Assembly (NCBI GenBank): GCA_963706325.1
Contig: CAVPLT010000001.1
Location: forward strand, 1,088,001-1,152,000
Length of the DNA: 64,000 nt
Direction: 5' to 3'
From: an uncultured Nitrospiraceae bacterium
Lineage (GTDB): Bacteria > Nitrospirota > Nitrospiria > Nitrospirales > Nitrospiraceae
Shown here: piece by piece, positions 51,525-60,414 of the stretch
Position numbering within the stretch: position 1 is the first letter of the stretch
How the letters are laid out: each line of letters starts with the position of its first letter
Program-made: the position numbers and the translations under genes
Notes under the pieces: generated by a model
The model's input: the letters and a program-made list of their open reading frames with translations, nothing else
Told to the model about the DNA's origin: nothing
The model's database searches: none

Positions 51525-52673
51525 TCAGGCTTCCGTAATAGTCGTCAGTGTCATGGTTTGATTGTGAAGATCGCACGCGCCGCTCTCGTAGGGAGAAATC
51601 TCACCGTAAGAGTAGAACCCGATCTGGCGGCTGCCTTGCGGAAGAATCTCGAGAGTCGCTTCGGTTTCCTCTTCCGATCGTTCGCCCAGGACCAACCGGC
51701 GTCCTACACAACTGATAGCGATGGAGAGGGTAGGACCGTCCGGGAGCCGTTCTTTGAGGCTATTTGTTGTGAGTGTGGCGGCATCGGAGGCGCCCTGAAT
51801 CAATCGATCAAAATTCGCGCGCATGAGCTGCGCGTACATACCTTGCGGAATATCCCCGGCGAAGGTCATGGATTGAGCGGCTTCGTCCACGGCTAAGATC
51901 GTGCGGACTAGACTTTTTCCCTCAGTCGGCGAGGTTCGAATCGCCAGGGGGAACAGAAGGCCTGTTGCAGGAAGGCCGGCCGCGCGGTCGCCTAGGTATT
52001 CCTTGTACAGGTGTAGCGCGGGACGGCCATCTAGTTCGTAGAGCACATGACCTCGTGATTTGGTGACCAGTCGTTCAGGTCCGAACTTGTCCCATCCCCC
52101 TTTGGACCCGTGTCCGACATGGACGTGATCGCCATAGAGGCCGACGGCGGTGACATAGCCGCTTTGAGGCGTGCGGTCCTTCAGAACCCATGTCCGCTTG
52201 AAGTGAGTCCCATCGCCGGCCAGCCCCCCCGTAATGACGGTGGTTCCGCCTAGACTTTCGTTTAGACCATTGACTAGTTCGCTGCCATTGACATGCAGGC
52301 CGTCCGACAACACCAGGATAGCGCGAAGCGAGGGCCGGTTTAGCTGAGAGGCAATCGCGGTTCCGGCGGCGTAAGAATCCTCCGGGTCCCGGGCGATGGC
52401 CTGGGCCATGCGGACGGGGGTTTTCTTGAATCGAACAGCGGCCACCACGAGGCTGTCATCTGAAATCTCACTGCCGTGAATTTCTCCTGCTGTTGAGCAG
52501 CCGATGACGTGACTCTGATGGCAAACGTCAAGCACCTGATGGATGCGGTTCGGTGTATCAAGAAGGCCGGATGAACCAAACAGCAGTACAAGTGTTTCCG
52601 GAGAATCCAGCTCGGCGAACGCCGAAGGAGCCCAGGCACTGTCGCTTTTAATGCAACTTGTTGCGACGTCCAT
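51525..52673 (-). CDS. FIST-domain sensory protein (NosP-like)
   Basis: IGCSTAGEI, LSDG, GGLAGDG, LYELDG.PA, SCVGRR, GFYSYGEI and HNQT motifs. Confidence 0.9.
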   Translation of the reverse strand: MDVATSCIKSDSAWAPSAFAELDSPETLVLLFGSSGLLDTPNRIHQVLDVCHQSHVIGCSTAGEIHGSEISDDSLVVAAVRFKKTPVRMAQAIARDPEDSYAAGTAIASQLNRPSLRAILVLSDGLHVNGSELVNGLNESLGGTTVITGGLAGDGTHFKRTWVLKDRTPQSGYVTAVGLYGDHVHVGHGSKGGWDKFGPERLVTKSRGHVLYELDGRPALHLYKEYLGDRAAGLPATGLLFPLAIRTSPTEGKSLVRTILAVDEAAQSMTFAGDIPQGMYAQLMRANFDRLIQGASDAATLTTNSLKERLPDGPTLSIAISCVGRRLVLGERSEEETEATLEILPQGSRQIGFYSYGEISPYESGACDLHNQTMTLTTITEA

Positions 52674-53142
52674 AGACGCATGCTCCTTCTAAGTCCCCAG
52701 TGACCGTTGCCAGATCACGGGTGTATCGCTGTGGATGAGCTGGTCGGCTCCGGGATTCGCTGCTGACTTTCGTAAGTAGATAGAGGCCTCTACAAGAGAC
52801 GTCGTCCTTACCAGACCTGCTCCGTCGGCCTATTGTGCCCATCAACTCTTTCAATGGAGTCCGAGCGCCGTGCCTCCGTATTTTCGATTCATGGAGCCCG
52901 TCCACCCGTGAGGGCTAGTCGAGGATTCTTCCTTCGGCATGGGAGGTATGCCAATGCCGCTGTCAGTGCCCTCAAGCCGTATCTCCCCTGGCTCCTCATC
53001 GACCGATCGCACTGAGGCGGGAATGCCTGCCTCTTAGGCTGTACTGCAAGGAAATGTCGTGAATGAAGCCATGTAGATCAAACGGTTATGTGATTCTTCC
53101 CGCTATCACGCCGTGATTGCTCATGAGGATTCTGGCCCGCCT

Positions 53143-53171
53143 GTATCGGTAGAAAACTCGTGAAACTAAAG
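53143..53171 (-). promoter_or_regulatory. Possible sigma28 (FliA)-type promoter upstream of the FIST operon
   Basis: Minus strand TTTAGTTT-N12-ACCGATAC versus consensus TAAAGTTT-N11-GCCGATAA. Confidence 0.3.
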
Positions 53172-53263
53172 AAAGAATGCGTGATGGGGAGATCTGGAAT
53201 TCGGCTGCAGGGATTTTGATGTGTGAACGTGGCAGCGATTGGTTATGCCGACGCGTGAGAAGG

Positions 53264-53962
53264 CTAGTGATGATGATGATGGCACTCAGGACCATGCACG
53301 TGCGATGGCTCTTGAGGCGGCGGAGTCAGTTGCCCCGGCAACACGATCCGGCCCGCTTCGTGTTGTTTGCTCAAATGTTCCGCAATCTCGGGGTGGAACG
53401 TTTTGACATAACCGATCATGCCGCTCAGGAAGCGCCGCGATTGGAAGTCTTGGCCGGAAAATTCTGAAATGAGCGCCAAGGCTCGATCCAGAATTTCTGG
53501 AGCAGAGCCCAGGTCGGCGATCTGTTGAGGGTTTTGTTTGGCGAAAGTGTCATATTCCCTCTTGAGCCGTTCGGCGAATACCGGCATAGGAGCCGACGGC
53601 ACATGCAAGGGGCTCAAGGTTCGGCGAAGGGCCTGGATGGCCGCAATGACTTCGGCATCCTGGCCGTCGCGCCGATCGTGAAAGTAACCGAACGTGACGA
53701 CCTCGATAAGGTTAAAGAACGCGGCGGCCTTCTCGCCGCCGGCGACGCTAAGTTGGCGATAGAGCTCTCGCCGCACGGGCGCGAACTGTTCGCCGAGCCG
53801 CTTTTGCTGGTAGTCGCTGCCCGTCTCGAGATAGGCGCAGTCTGGAGGGCAGGAGATTCTTGTCAGGCGATGCTCCCCGCAACATTGACTGCAGATGAGG
53901 CCGCTGAGGGCAGGGCAGGATCGTTTCCCCTTGCGCTGATGACAATGCACGCACTGGCTCAT
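53264..53962 (-). CDS. Hypothetical protein with Cys-rich N-terminus and His-rich C-terminus
   Basis: Eight Cys in the first ~42 aa; C-terminal HVHGPECHHHHH; 4-bp overlap with the upstream gene. Confidence 0.8.
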   Translation of the reverse strand: MSQCVHCHQRKGKRSCPALSGLICSQCCGEHRLTRISCPPDCAYLETGSDYQQKRLGEQFAPVRRELYRQLSVAGGEKAAAFFNLIEVVTFGYFHDRRDGQDAEVIAAIQALRRTLSPLHVPSAPMPVFAERLKREYDTFAKQNPQQIADLGSAPEILDRALALISEFSGQDFQSRRFLSGMIGYVKTFHPEIAEHLSKQHEAGRIVLPGQLTPPPQEPSHVHGPECHHHHH

Positions 53963-54951
53963 TTTGCTGGCGACCCTTTCTTTTCCGATTTCAGGGGCTC
54001 GACGAATCCATAGTCCGCCAGCGTGCGTTTCGCTCGGTCGGCCGAGGAGGAGGCTGTGGGCGATTCGAGTCCGTTGACCTCCGCCGCGTTGGAGTCCTGG
54101 TAGGGAACAAGGATCAAGTGATTCGCGCGGTCGATACCCAGATCCGTGGGTGACGGAAGGTATTCGGCGATGACCTGAAATTTCTTATCGGGCCCCATCC
54201 GCCAGATTTTCCCCTTGGTCGCGTCCGCCACATACATGCTGCCCCAACGATCGAAATCTACCCCGCTCAGATTCTGAAAACGGGCGGTGAAAAAGCCGTT
54301 CGAGACTAGCTCCGTGAGGGCTCCTTCGGGCGTGATGTCAAAGATTTTCCCGGAATCATAACTGACCACCACGACATGTCCGGTCTTGGGATGCACGGCG
54401 ACTCCTGACGGACCGGCCAAATGACTGCCGGACACATAGAGTGAGAGGGGCAATGCCGGTGTGAGATCCAGGCGGTAGATGGCGTTGCCGAGCAGATCGG
54501 CGAGATACAAATGGCCCTGGCCATCGGCGGCCACATCGACCAGAGACTGGGGCGAATCGGCGTTGGTCGGGCGCGGGAGCACGACGGAGGAGAGAGGTTT
54601 CCCAGTTGTCTTATCGAAGGCGCGAAGCGTATCCAAGTCCGTGACATACAGTACGTGATCGACGACCGCCATGCCTTTGGGCGCGTGGAGCGTGACGTCC
54701 CCGCGGCCACCTTCAATGAACTTGAAGGCCGTGATGCGTCCGTCGTCGCTGAGCTTGGTAATGAATCCGTTATTGTCGCGAGCCTCAGATTCCCCATTGA
54801 TGTTGGAAATAAAATACGAATTCGACACTGGATCAGCGAGGAAGCTGTGGGGGGCTTCCAATCCGCTGACCTGAAGGGCCGCGGCGATCGACCCCTGAAG
54901 CAGGACCCCAATCGTCCCCCAAACAGCCAGTCTGATCCAGCGGCGGCTCAT
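53959..54951 (-). CDS. Exported SMP-30/gluconolactonase-like beta-propeller protein
   Basis: Signal peptide; FISNING, DNNGFI.K, APKGMA and repeated blade motifs. Confidence 0.75.
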   Translation of the reverse strand: MSRRWIRLAVWGTIGVLLQGSIAAALQVSGLEAPHSFLADPVSNSYFISNINGESEARDNNGFITKLSDDGRITAFKFIEGGRGDVTLHAPKGMAVVDHVLYVTDLDTLRAFDKTTGKPLSSVVLPRPTNADSPQSLVDVAADGQGHLYLADLLGNAIYRLDLTPALPLSLYVSGSHLAGPSGVAVHPKTGHVVVVSYDSGKIFDITPEGALTELVSNGFFTARFQNLSGVDFDRWGSMYVADATKGKIWRMGPDKKFQVIAEYLPSPTDLGIDRANHLILVPYQDSNAAEVNGLESPTASSSADRAKRTLADYGFVEPLKSEKKGSPAK

Positions 54952-55028
54952 TGTCCGACTAAAGACCCTGTGAAAACTGGAGTTGGAAATCATGCAAGAC
55001 GGTATCGCACAGAAGATTCTGTGACTGC

Positions 55029-55208
55029 ATCGTAGCCAAGGGTCTCAGAGACTGTCAAGGAAGCCACGCATTACCATGAGGAATAACGATTCTAGATCAG
55101 CGGCAGCGGCATGAAACGAGGGTCTCACGTGCCGATCTCCATCAGGCTTGCGGGCGGTTCTTCCATGGCTCCTCAGCGTTGACTTGTTGAAAAATTGCCT
55201 GCTATGGT
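55029..55208. promoter_or_regulatory. Divergent sigma70 promoters (beta-propeller gene / folD operon)
   Basis: Minus strand TTGACA (55058-55053)-N18-TACGAT (55034-55029). Plus strand TTGACT (55179-55184)-N18-TATGGT (55203-55208) with TG extension. Confidence 0.5.
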
Positions 55209-55251
55209 GCCCTGACTTTTTCTTGCTCATGTTCAGTTCAGGGAGGATATT

Positions 55252-56112
55252 GTGGCTGCACGAATCATTGATGGGAAAGCGTTGGCCCAACAAGTCCGTG
55301 AAGGGCTCGCCAAGGAGTCCGCGGCCGTGTTGGCCAAGACAGGCATGAAGCCGGGATTGGCCACCATTTTGGTGGGTGATGACCCTGCCTCGCATCTCTA
55401 TGTCAAAAGCAAACAAAAGGCCTGCGATGCGGCGGGGATTTACATTGATGATTCGAAATTGCCGGCCAACACGACCCAGGCGGATCTGCTGACATTGATT
55501 TCCCAGAAAAATGCCGATCCCAAGATTCACGGTATACTCGTTCAGCTGCCACTGCCCAAACATATCGATAGCAAGGTTGTGCTTGACGCTGTCTCCGCTC
55601 AGAAAGATGCCGATGGATTCCATCCCTATAATTTCGGCCGCCTCGTAGAAGGCAGTCCTATTTTTGAAGCCTGCACGCCCAAAGGGGTCATCAAGATGAT
55701 CGAGTCGACCGGGGTGTCGATCGAGGGCAAGCGGGCCGTTGTGCTGGGACGCAGCAATATTGTCGGCAAACCGCTCGCGCTGATGTTGCTTCATCGCAAT
55801 GCCACGGTCACGATCTGTCACTCGAAGACCAAGGATCTGCCGGCAGTCTGCCGCGAGGCCGAGCTCTTGCTGGTGGCGATCGGGAAAGCCCAATTCGTCA
55901 CAGCCGACATGGTGAAAGAAGGAGCCGTGGTGATTGATGTGGGGACGAATCGCCTTCCGGACGGGAAGGTGGTCGGGGATGTCGACTTTGAGTCGGTCAG
56001 CCAAAAGGCCGGATGGATCAGCCCGGTTCCCGGCGGAGTGGGACCCATGACGATTGCGATGTTGCTCGACAATACCGTTGAATCTGCTAAGAGAATGGCA
56101 GGGATGAAATAG
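55252..56112 (+). CDS. folD: Methylene-THF dehydrogenase/cyclohydrolase
   Basis: IIDGK, YVKSK, ILVQLPLP, GRSNIVGKP and PVPGGVGPMT motifs. Confidence 0.97.
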   Translation: MAARIIDGKALAQQVREGLAKESAAVLAKTGMKPGLATILVGDDPASHLYVKSKQKACDAAGIYIDDSKLPANTTQADLLTLISQKNADPKIHGILVQLPLPKHIDSKVVLDAVSAQKDADGFHPYNFGRLVEGSPIFEACTPKGVIKMIESTGVSIEGKRAVVLGRSNIVGKPLALMLLHRNATVTICHSKTKDLPAVCREAELLLVAIGKAQFVTADMVKEGAVVIDVGTNRLPDGKVVGDVDFESVSQKAGWISPVPGGVGPMTIAMLLDNTVESAKRMAGMK

Positions 56113-56168
56113 GGTAAGGGTAGGACGTGAAGTAGAAGGAGATGACCACACATGCGTAGGAGACCTAG

Positions 56169-57059
56169 ATGACCCCGGAGCCGCGGCGACTCAAAGACGT
56201 CTTGGCGCAAGGACAGTTTGCCGTGACGGTGGAATATAACCCGCCGAAGGGCACGAACCTCACTCATGTGGTGGAGAGTGCCAAGGCGCTCGTTGGCCGG
56301 GTCCACGGAGTCAATGTAACCGACAATACCGCTGCCATTGTGCGCGCCGGATCTTTGCCGGTCTGTCGCATATTGTATGAGCTGGGGCATGACCCGGTAA
56401 TGCAGCTGACATGTAGGGATCGTAATCGTATCGCCATGCAATCCGATCTCATGGGCGCGCATATGCTCGGCATTCGGAACATTCTCTGTCTCACGGGGGA
56501 CTATCCGACTGTCGGAGACCACAAAGACGCGAAGCCGGTGTACGATTTGGATTCCGTGCAGGTCATGCAGTTGGTGCAAGGATTGAATCAGGGCAAGGAC
56601 TATGCGGGCAATAAGCTGGACGGGTCTACCGCCTTCACGATCGGCGGTGCCGTCACGCCGGAGGCCGATCCGTTAGGTCCCATGCTGGTGAAGTTTGAGG
56701 TCAAGGTGCGGGCCGGAGTGGATTTTTTTCAGACCCAGGCAATTTATCAGCCGGAACAGTTCAGGACGTTCATGGAGGCAGTGCGTCCCTTTAAACGGAA
56801 GGTGCTCGCCGGAATTCTGCTGTTACGCAGCGCGAAGATGGCGGAATTCATGAATGCCAACATTCCGGGCGTGTGCGTACCACCGGAAATGATTGATGAA
56901 ATGCGCGCAGCGGGCGACAAGCGGGCCTTGGACGCGGGCGTGGAGATCGCCGTGCGAACGATCAAAGCCGTACGTCCGTACTGCGATGGGGTGCATATCA
57001 TGGCCATCAAGGCCACCGAGCGGTTGCCGGAGATTCTCACGAAAGCGGAACTCGGGTGA
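56169..57059 (+). CDS. metF: Methylenetetrahydrofolate reductase
   Basis: E..PPKG, NVTDN, TCRDRNR, LTGD and FQTQ motifs. Confidence 0.9.
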   Translation: MTPEPRRLKDVLAQGQFAVTVEYNPPKGTNLTHVVESAKALVGRVHGVNVTDNTAAIVRAGSLPVCRILYELGHDPVMQLTCRDRNRIAMQSDLMGAHMLGIRNILCLTGDYPTVGDHKDAKPVYDLDSVQVMQLVQGLNQGKDYAGNKLDGSTAFTIGGAVTPEADPLGPMLVKFEVKVRAGVDFFQTQAIYQPEQFRTFMEAVRPFKRKVLAGILLLRSAKMAEFMNANIPGVCVPPEMIDEMRAAGDKRALDAGVEIAVRTIKAVRPYCDGVHIMAIKATERLPEILTKAELG

Positions 57060-57847
57060 TGACTGTCCCGGACTTGCAGCAGTGCAAGCGCGAGAAACGG
57101 AAGATCACGGTCGTAACGGCCTACGATGCGCTGTTCACCCGAATCATCGAACAGGCAGGGATCGACGTCATTTTGGTGGGAGATTCTCTCGGTGTGGTGG
57201 TTCAGGGCAAGGCCAACACATTGTCGGTTACCATGCAGGAGATGCTGTACCATACCCAGCTGGTAGCCGGAGCTGCTCAGCAATCCCTTGTGATTGGAGA
57301 CATGCCGTTCATGTCTTATCAGGCCAGCGCGGATGACGCCTTACGAAATGCCGGACGATTTCTCCAGGCCGGCGCGACCGCCGTGAAGATGGAAGGAGGA
57401 GCGGCGATGGTTGATCGGGTGGCCGCGGTGACAAGAATCGGCATCCCCGTCGTCGGTCATCTTGGGATGACACCGCAGTCCGTCCACCAGTACGGCGGGT
57501 TCAAAGTACAGGGGAAGGACAAGGACCAGGCCCAGCAGATTCTGAAGGATGCGCAAGCGTTGGAAGCGGCGGGTGCCGTGGCGATTGTGCTGGAGGCGAT
57601 TCCAACTGGGTTGGCGAAGGCTGTAACCGGGTCTATCGCTATTCCAACCATCGGTATCGGTGCGGGGACTCACTGCGATGGTCAAGTGCTGGTGCTGTAC
57701 GATGTGCTGGGACTCTTCGACGAGTTCATCCCAAAGTTCGTGAAGCCGTATGCCCACCTCAAAGCCGATGCTGTGGAAGCCCTGCGTCGTTATAAAACAG
57801 ATGTCGAACAGGGGACATTTCCTTCTGACTCCGAAAGTTATCACTAG
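57056..57847 (+). CDS. panB: 3-methyl-2-oxobutanoate hydroxymethyltransferase
   Basis: TAYDA, LVGDSLG, DMPFMSY, VKMEGG, HLGMTPQ and GIGAG motifs. Confidence 0.97.
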   Translation: MMTVPDLQQCKREKRKITVVTAYDALFTRIIEQAGIDVILVGDSLGVVVQGKANTLSVTMQEMLYHTQLVAGAAQQSLVIGDMPFMSYQASADDALRNAGRFLQAGATAVKMEGGAAMVDRVAAVTRIGIPVVGHLGMTPQSVHQYGGFKVQGKDKDQAQQILKDAQALEAAGAVAIVLEAIPTGLAKAVTGSIAIPTIGIGAGTHCDGQVLVLYDVLGLFDEFIPKFVKPYAHLKADAVEALRRYKTDVEQGTFPSDSESYH

Positions 57848-57848
57848 A

Positions 57849-57953
57849 AGGTGCTGAAAAAGGCCCCGTCTTCGTTCTCGGCTCGAAATCACTCCTGAAC
57901 ATAGCCAGTGGCTCGGCTGACACTGATGAGCAATCTGAAAATTTGCTGATCCT
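57849..57953. repeat. Degenerate copy of the ~120 bp palindromic repeat
   Basis: GGTGCTGAAAAAGGCCCC..CTTCGTTCTCGG shares an exact 12-mer and its 5' end with the copy at 1-124. Confidence 0.6.
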
Positions 57954-58512
57954 ACAATGCCACATGTGGCGCTCGTGAGGGCGCGCTTATCGATCGAGCG
58001 TGCGTATGGTCGTCTAACCGAATGCGTACCCATGCCCGGTTGTTGCTCTGCACCCACAATGCGATGTCCTGGGCAAAGGTTGCCGCATCTAAGCCCATGT
58101 AGTGGGCAGGATTGTTCAGCAGGCGCAGAAGCCCACTGCGGACAAGTTTTTTTGCGGCAGCTTCATTCCCAAGCGCTCGCTTGAGATTGGCTCCAGCGAG
58201 TTGAATAAGGCCTTGAAAGAAGTTCCCTGCCACGGTCGTGTGTCCGGACGCATGCCACAACCCTTCAAAGACCTCGTGTGATTCCCACCAATAGGCAAAG
58301 TTGTAAAGATCTACGGCATGAAGGTAATCTTCCGAAGCTGCCCACTCATCGTGCTTGAATGGGAGCGGGCGCGGCTCCGGCTGGCGAAAGGAGTGGCCCT
58401 GTGAATGTCGACGCGGGTGCGGAGTCTGCCCAGGGATGAATCGGTAGGTGGGAAAATCCCGGGTGCCATAACGGCACTGGTCAATCGGAACGAGCGGGTC
58501 ATCGCCTTCCAC
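57952..58512 (-). CDS. DUF309 domain protein
   Basis: LYN..YWWESHEVFEGLW and FQGLIQLA motifs; GTG start with a GAGG SD, overlapping the apaH end. Confidence 0.8.
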   Translation of the reverse strand: MEGDDPLVPIDQCRYGTRDFPTYRFIPGQTPHPRRHSQGHSFRQPEPRPLPFKHDEWAASEDYLHAVDLYNFAYWWESHEVFEGLWHASGHTTVAGNFFQGLIQLAGANLKRALGNEAAAKKLVRSGLLRLLNNPAHYMGLDAATFAQDIALWVQSNNRAWVRIRLDDHTHARSISAPSRAPHVAL

Positions 58513-59317
58513 GAGTATCCTCGCAGGAAACCTGAAACACACGACGGTCTTCCAAGCATATCGCGGTGAGGTGTCGTCCGTAGACACAGCCGCTGTCCAA
58601 TGCCAACAGATTTGGCGTGATGTGAAGACCCATGGCTGCCCAATGCCCATACACCATGGTGGCTGTGGCGCTTCTTCTCGAGGAAATACTGAACCAAGGG
58701 TGAAACCCTTCCGGCGTCAACTCCGGTGGCCCGGAGAAGGACGATTCCATGACGCCGGAGACCGAACAGGCCCTTAGTCGAGTCAACACTTTCATAATGC
58801 TGGCAAAACGGACGGGACCGGTCAAATCTGGGGCCCATTGCAAATAATCGTCGGGATGAAGCGCGCGCAAGGTGGCTACGTACTGCTCTCCGCGAAGCGC
58901 GGTCTCCGCTTCCTTCGCCAGTTGTTGAGCATCCTCAATGGTCCATTGCGGCAAGAGCCCGGCATGGACCAACACCCACTCACCTTCGCGATGGAGCAGC
59001 GGCTGCCGTCTGAGCCAGGCGAGGAGTTCATCGCGATCCGAGCTTTCCAAGACTTGCGCAATCGTATCGCTTCGTCGAAGCGTGGACACTCCTGCGGCGA
59101 CTGAGATGAGGAAGAGATCGTGGTTGCCGAGGACTGTGGTGGCGGCAGGACCAAGATCTTTTATGTATCGCAGAACGTGAAGTGAATCCGGACCTCGATT
59201 AACGAGGTCTCCTGTGAACCAGAGACGGTCACGTTGAGGATTGAATCGAACTACCTGTGTGAGTCGTTGCAGGGAAGTGTAGCAGCCTTGTATATCGCCG
59301 ATTGCATAAGTTGCCAT
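58499..59317 (-). CDS. apaH: Symmetrical diadenosine tetraphosphatase
   Basis: MATYAIGDIQGC, GDLVNRGPDS, LGNHD, VHAG, GHWA and LDSGCV motifs. Confidence 0.95.
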   Translation of the reverse strand: MATYAIGDIQGCYTSLQRLTQVVRFNPQRDRLWFTGDLVNRGPDSLHVLRYIKDLGPAATTVLGNHDLFLISVAAGVSTLRRSDTIAQVLESSDRDELLAWLRRQPLLHREGEWVLVHAGLLPQWTIEDAQQLAKEAETALRGEQYVATLRALHPDDYLQWAPDLTGPVRFASIMKVLTRLRACSVSGVMESSFSGPPELTPEGFHPWFSISSRRSATATMVYGHWAAMGLHITPNLLALDSGCVYGRHLTAICLEDRRVFQVSCEDTRGRR

Positions 59318-59538
59318 AGGTCCCCAGACTAGCGCGGATGGCACCTCTGCGCAACCCACGTGGTAGCGAAGGATCGGTTTAATTGGCCTGCCGGGATACG
59401 TCGAAAGCCATCAGCCATCAGATGGAAGTTTGGACAGGATAAGCAATGTCTTGCGCAGGCCTGCAGCTCCTTTCCATGACCGCAAAGGCGTGCGTCACGG
59501 GCCTGAGTGAGCTGTGTCTGCTGTTCCGCGCCTGCAGA

Positions 59539-59651
59539 TGAGCGATAACAATCAGGCTGTCTGGTGAGACAGGGAGCCAATTGCAACATTCCGGACAGCC
59601 TGAGCAGGTATATTCCTGAGTGGAAGAGCAGCCTACTCGAGTTATCGCTCA
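59539..59651 (+). ncRNA. Candidate structured RNA (multi-branched, four stems)
   Basis: Perfect 11-bp closing stem, a 13-bp inner stem with one G-U pair, and two short hairpins; no family recognised. Confidence 0.35.
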
Positions 59652-59970
59652 AGCTCGAAAGCCTAGGCGCATCCTGATCACACTCAGAATCTGTGCATCA
59701 ATACGGCAATATGGCGCATATGACCAATGGTTCCGGCCTGTGGGTATGGCTAGTCAAGATCTGAACGGAATAGGCCACGAGCCGTAGTCTTCCTGTACTA
59801 TCTTGCCCTGTCGGAAATTGGCAATATAACTGAAAGTGCATGTGACGAAGCGGGGCATGCAAATAGGCGGCGACTCCTAATGGCAAACATTGTGGGAAGT
59901 ATCTTGGAAAACGGAGATCCCGAATGAAGACTCGCCGCCGGGACGCCGAGCACTGGTTGGAAGCGCTGGG

Positions 59971-60396
59971 TTATCGGTACCGTGCTTCAATCTTGCTCGA
60001 CAATCCGCCACGCGCAGTAAAGTCGCCTGTGACACGGGCCCAGACTGGACGGCAGGCTTGGACGACATCCTCCAGGATACGATTCACTGCATTTTCGTAA
60101 AAGATCCCTAGGTTTCTGTAGGCGTGGATATACATTTTGAGTGCCTTGAGTTCGAGGCATTGCTTGTCAGGCATATAGTGGAGTGTGATTACTCCAAAAT
60201 CAGGCAGGTTGGTCTTCGGGCAAATTGCAGTGTATTCGGGAATAACGACCGTAATTTCGTATCCCTTGTATTGGTTGGGAAACGTTTCGATTTCAGGGAG
60301 CGGGCTAGAAATTCCGCTTGTAGCGTGGCTCAGATTATACCCAAGCTTGGTTGTTGCTGTACTCCTTCTTTTCCCCACCTCCTTACCCTTCACCAT
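59971..60396 (-). CDS. queF: NADPH-dependent preQ0 reductase (unimodular)
   Basis: PEYTAICPKT..PDFG, ELKALKMY and F.ARGG motifs. Confidence 0.93.
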   Translation of the reverse strand: MVKGKEVGKRRSTATTKLGYNLSHATSGISSPLPEIETFPNQYKGYEITVVIPEYTAICPKTNLPDFGVITLHYMPDKQCLELKALKMYIHAYRNLGIFYENAVNRILEDVVQACRPVWARVTGDFTARGGLSSKIEARYR

Positions 60397-60414
60397 ATCC
60401 CTCTTACGCGCATA

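Noticed and set aside
52648..52905. 85-aa ORF upstream of the FIST gene
   Set aside because: It overlaps the FIST start and has no supportable homology.
55045..56151. Long antisense ORFs (also 29558-30463, 26653-27504, 17977-18792)
   Set aside because: They are shadows of well-supported plus-strand genes caused by GC-rich codon bias and carry no recognisable motifs.
57905..57952. CTGATGAG followed by a stem, resembling a hammerhead ribozyme core
   Set aside because: The stem is followed by GATCC rather than GAAA, and stems I and III are not convincing.
59604..59634. CAGG...GGAAG-AGCAGC resembling SRP RNA helix 8, and CTGAGCAGG resembling the NiCo riboswitch
   Set aside because: The spacing is 18 nt instead of about 10 for SRP, and the other conserved NiCo nucleotides are missing.
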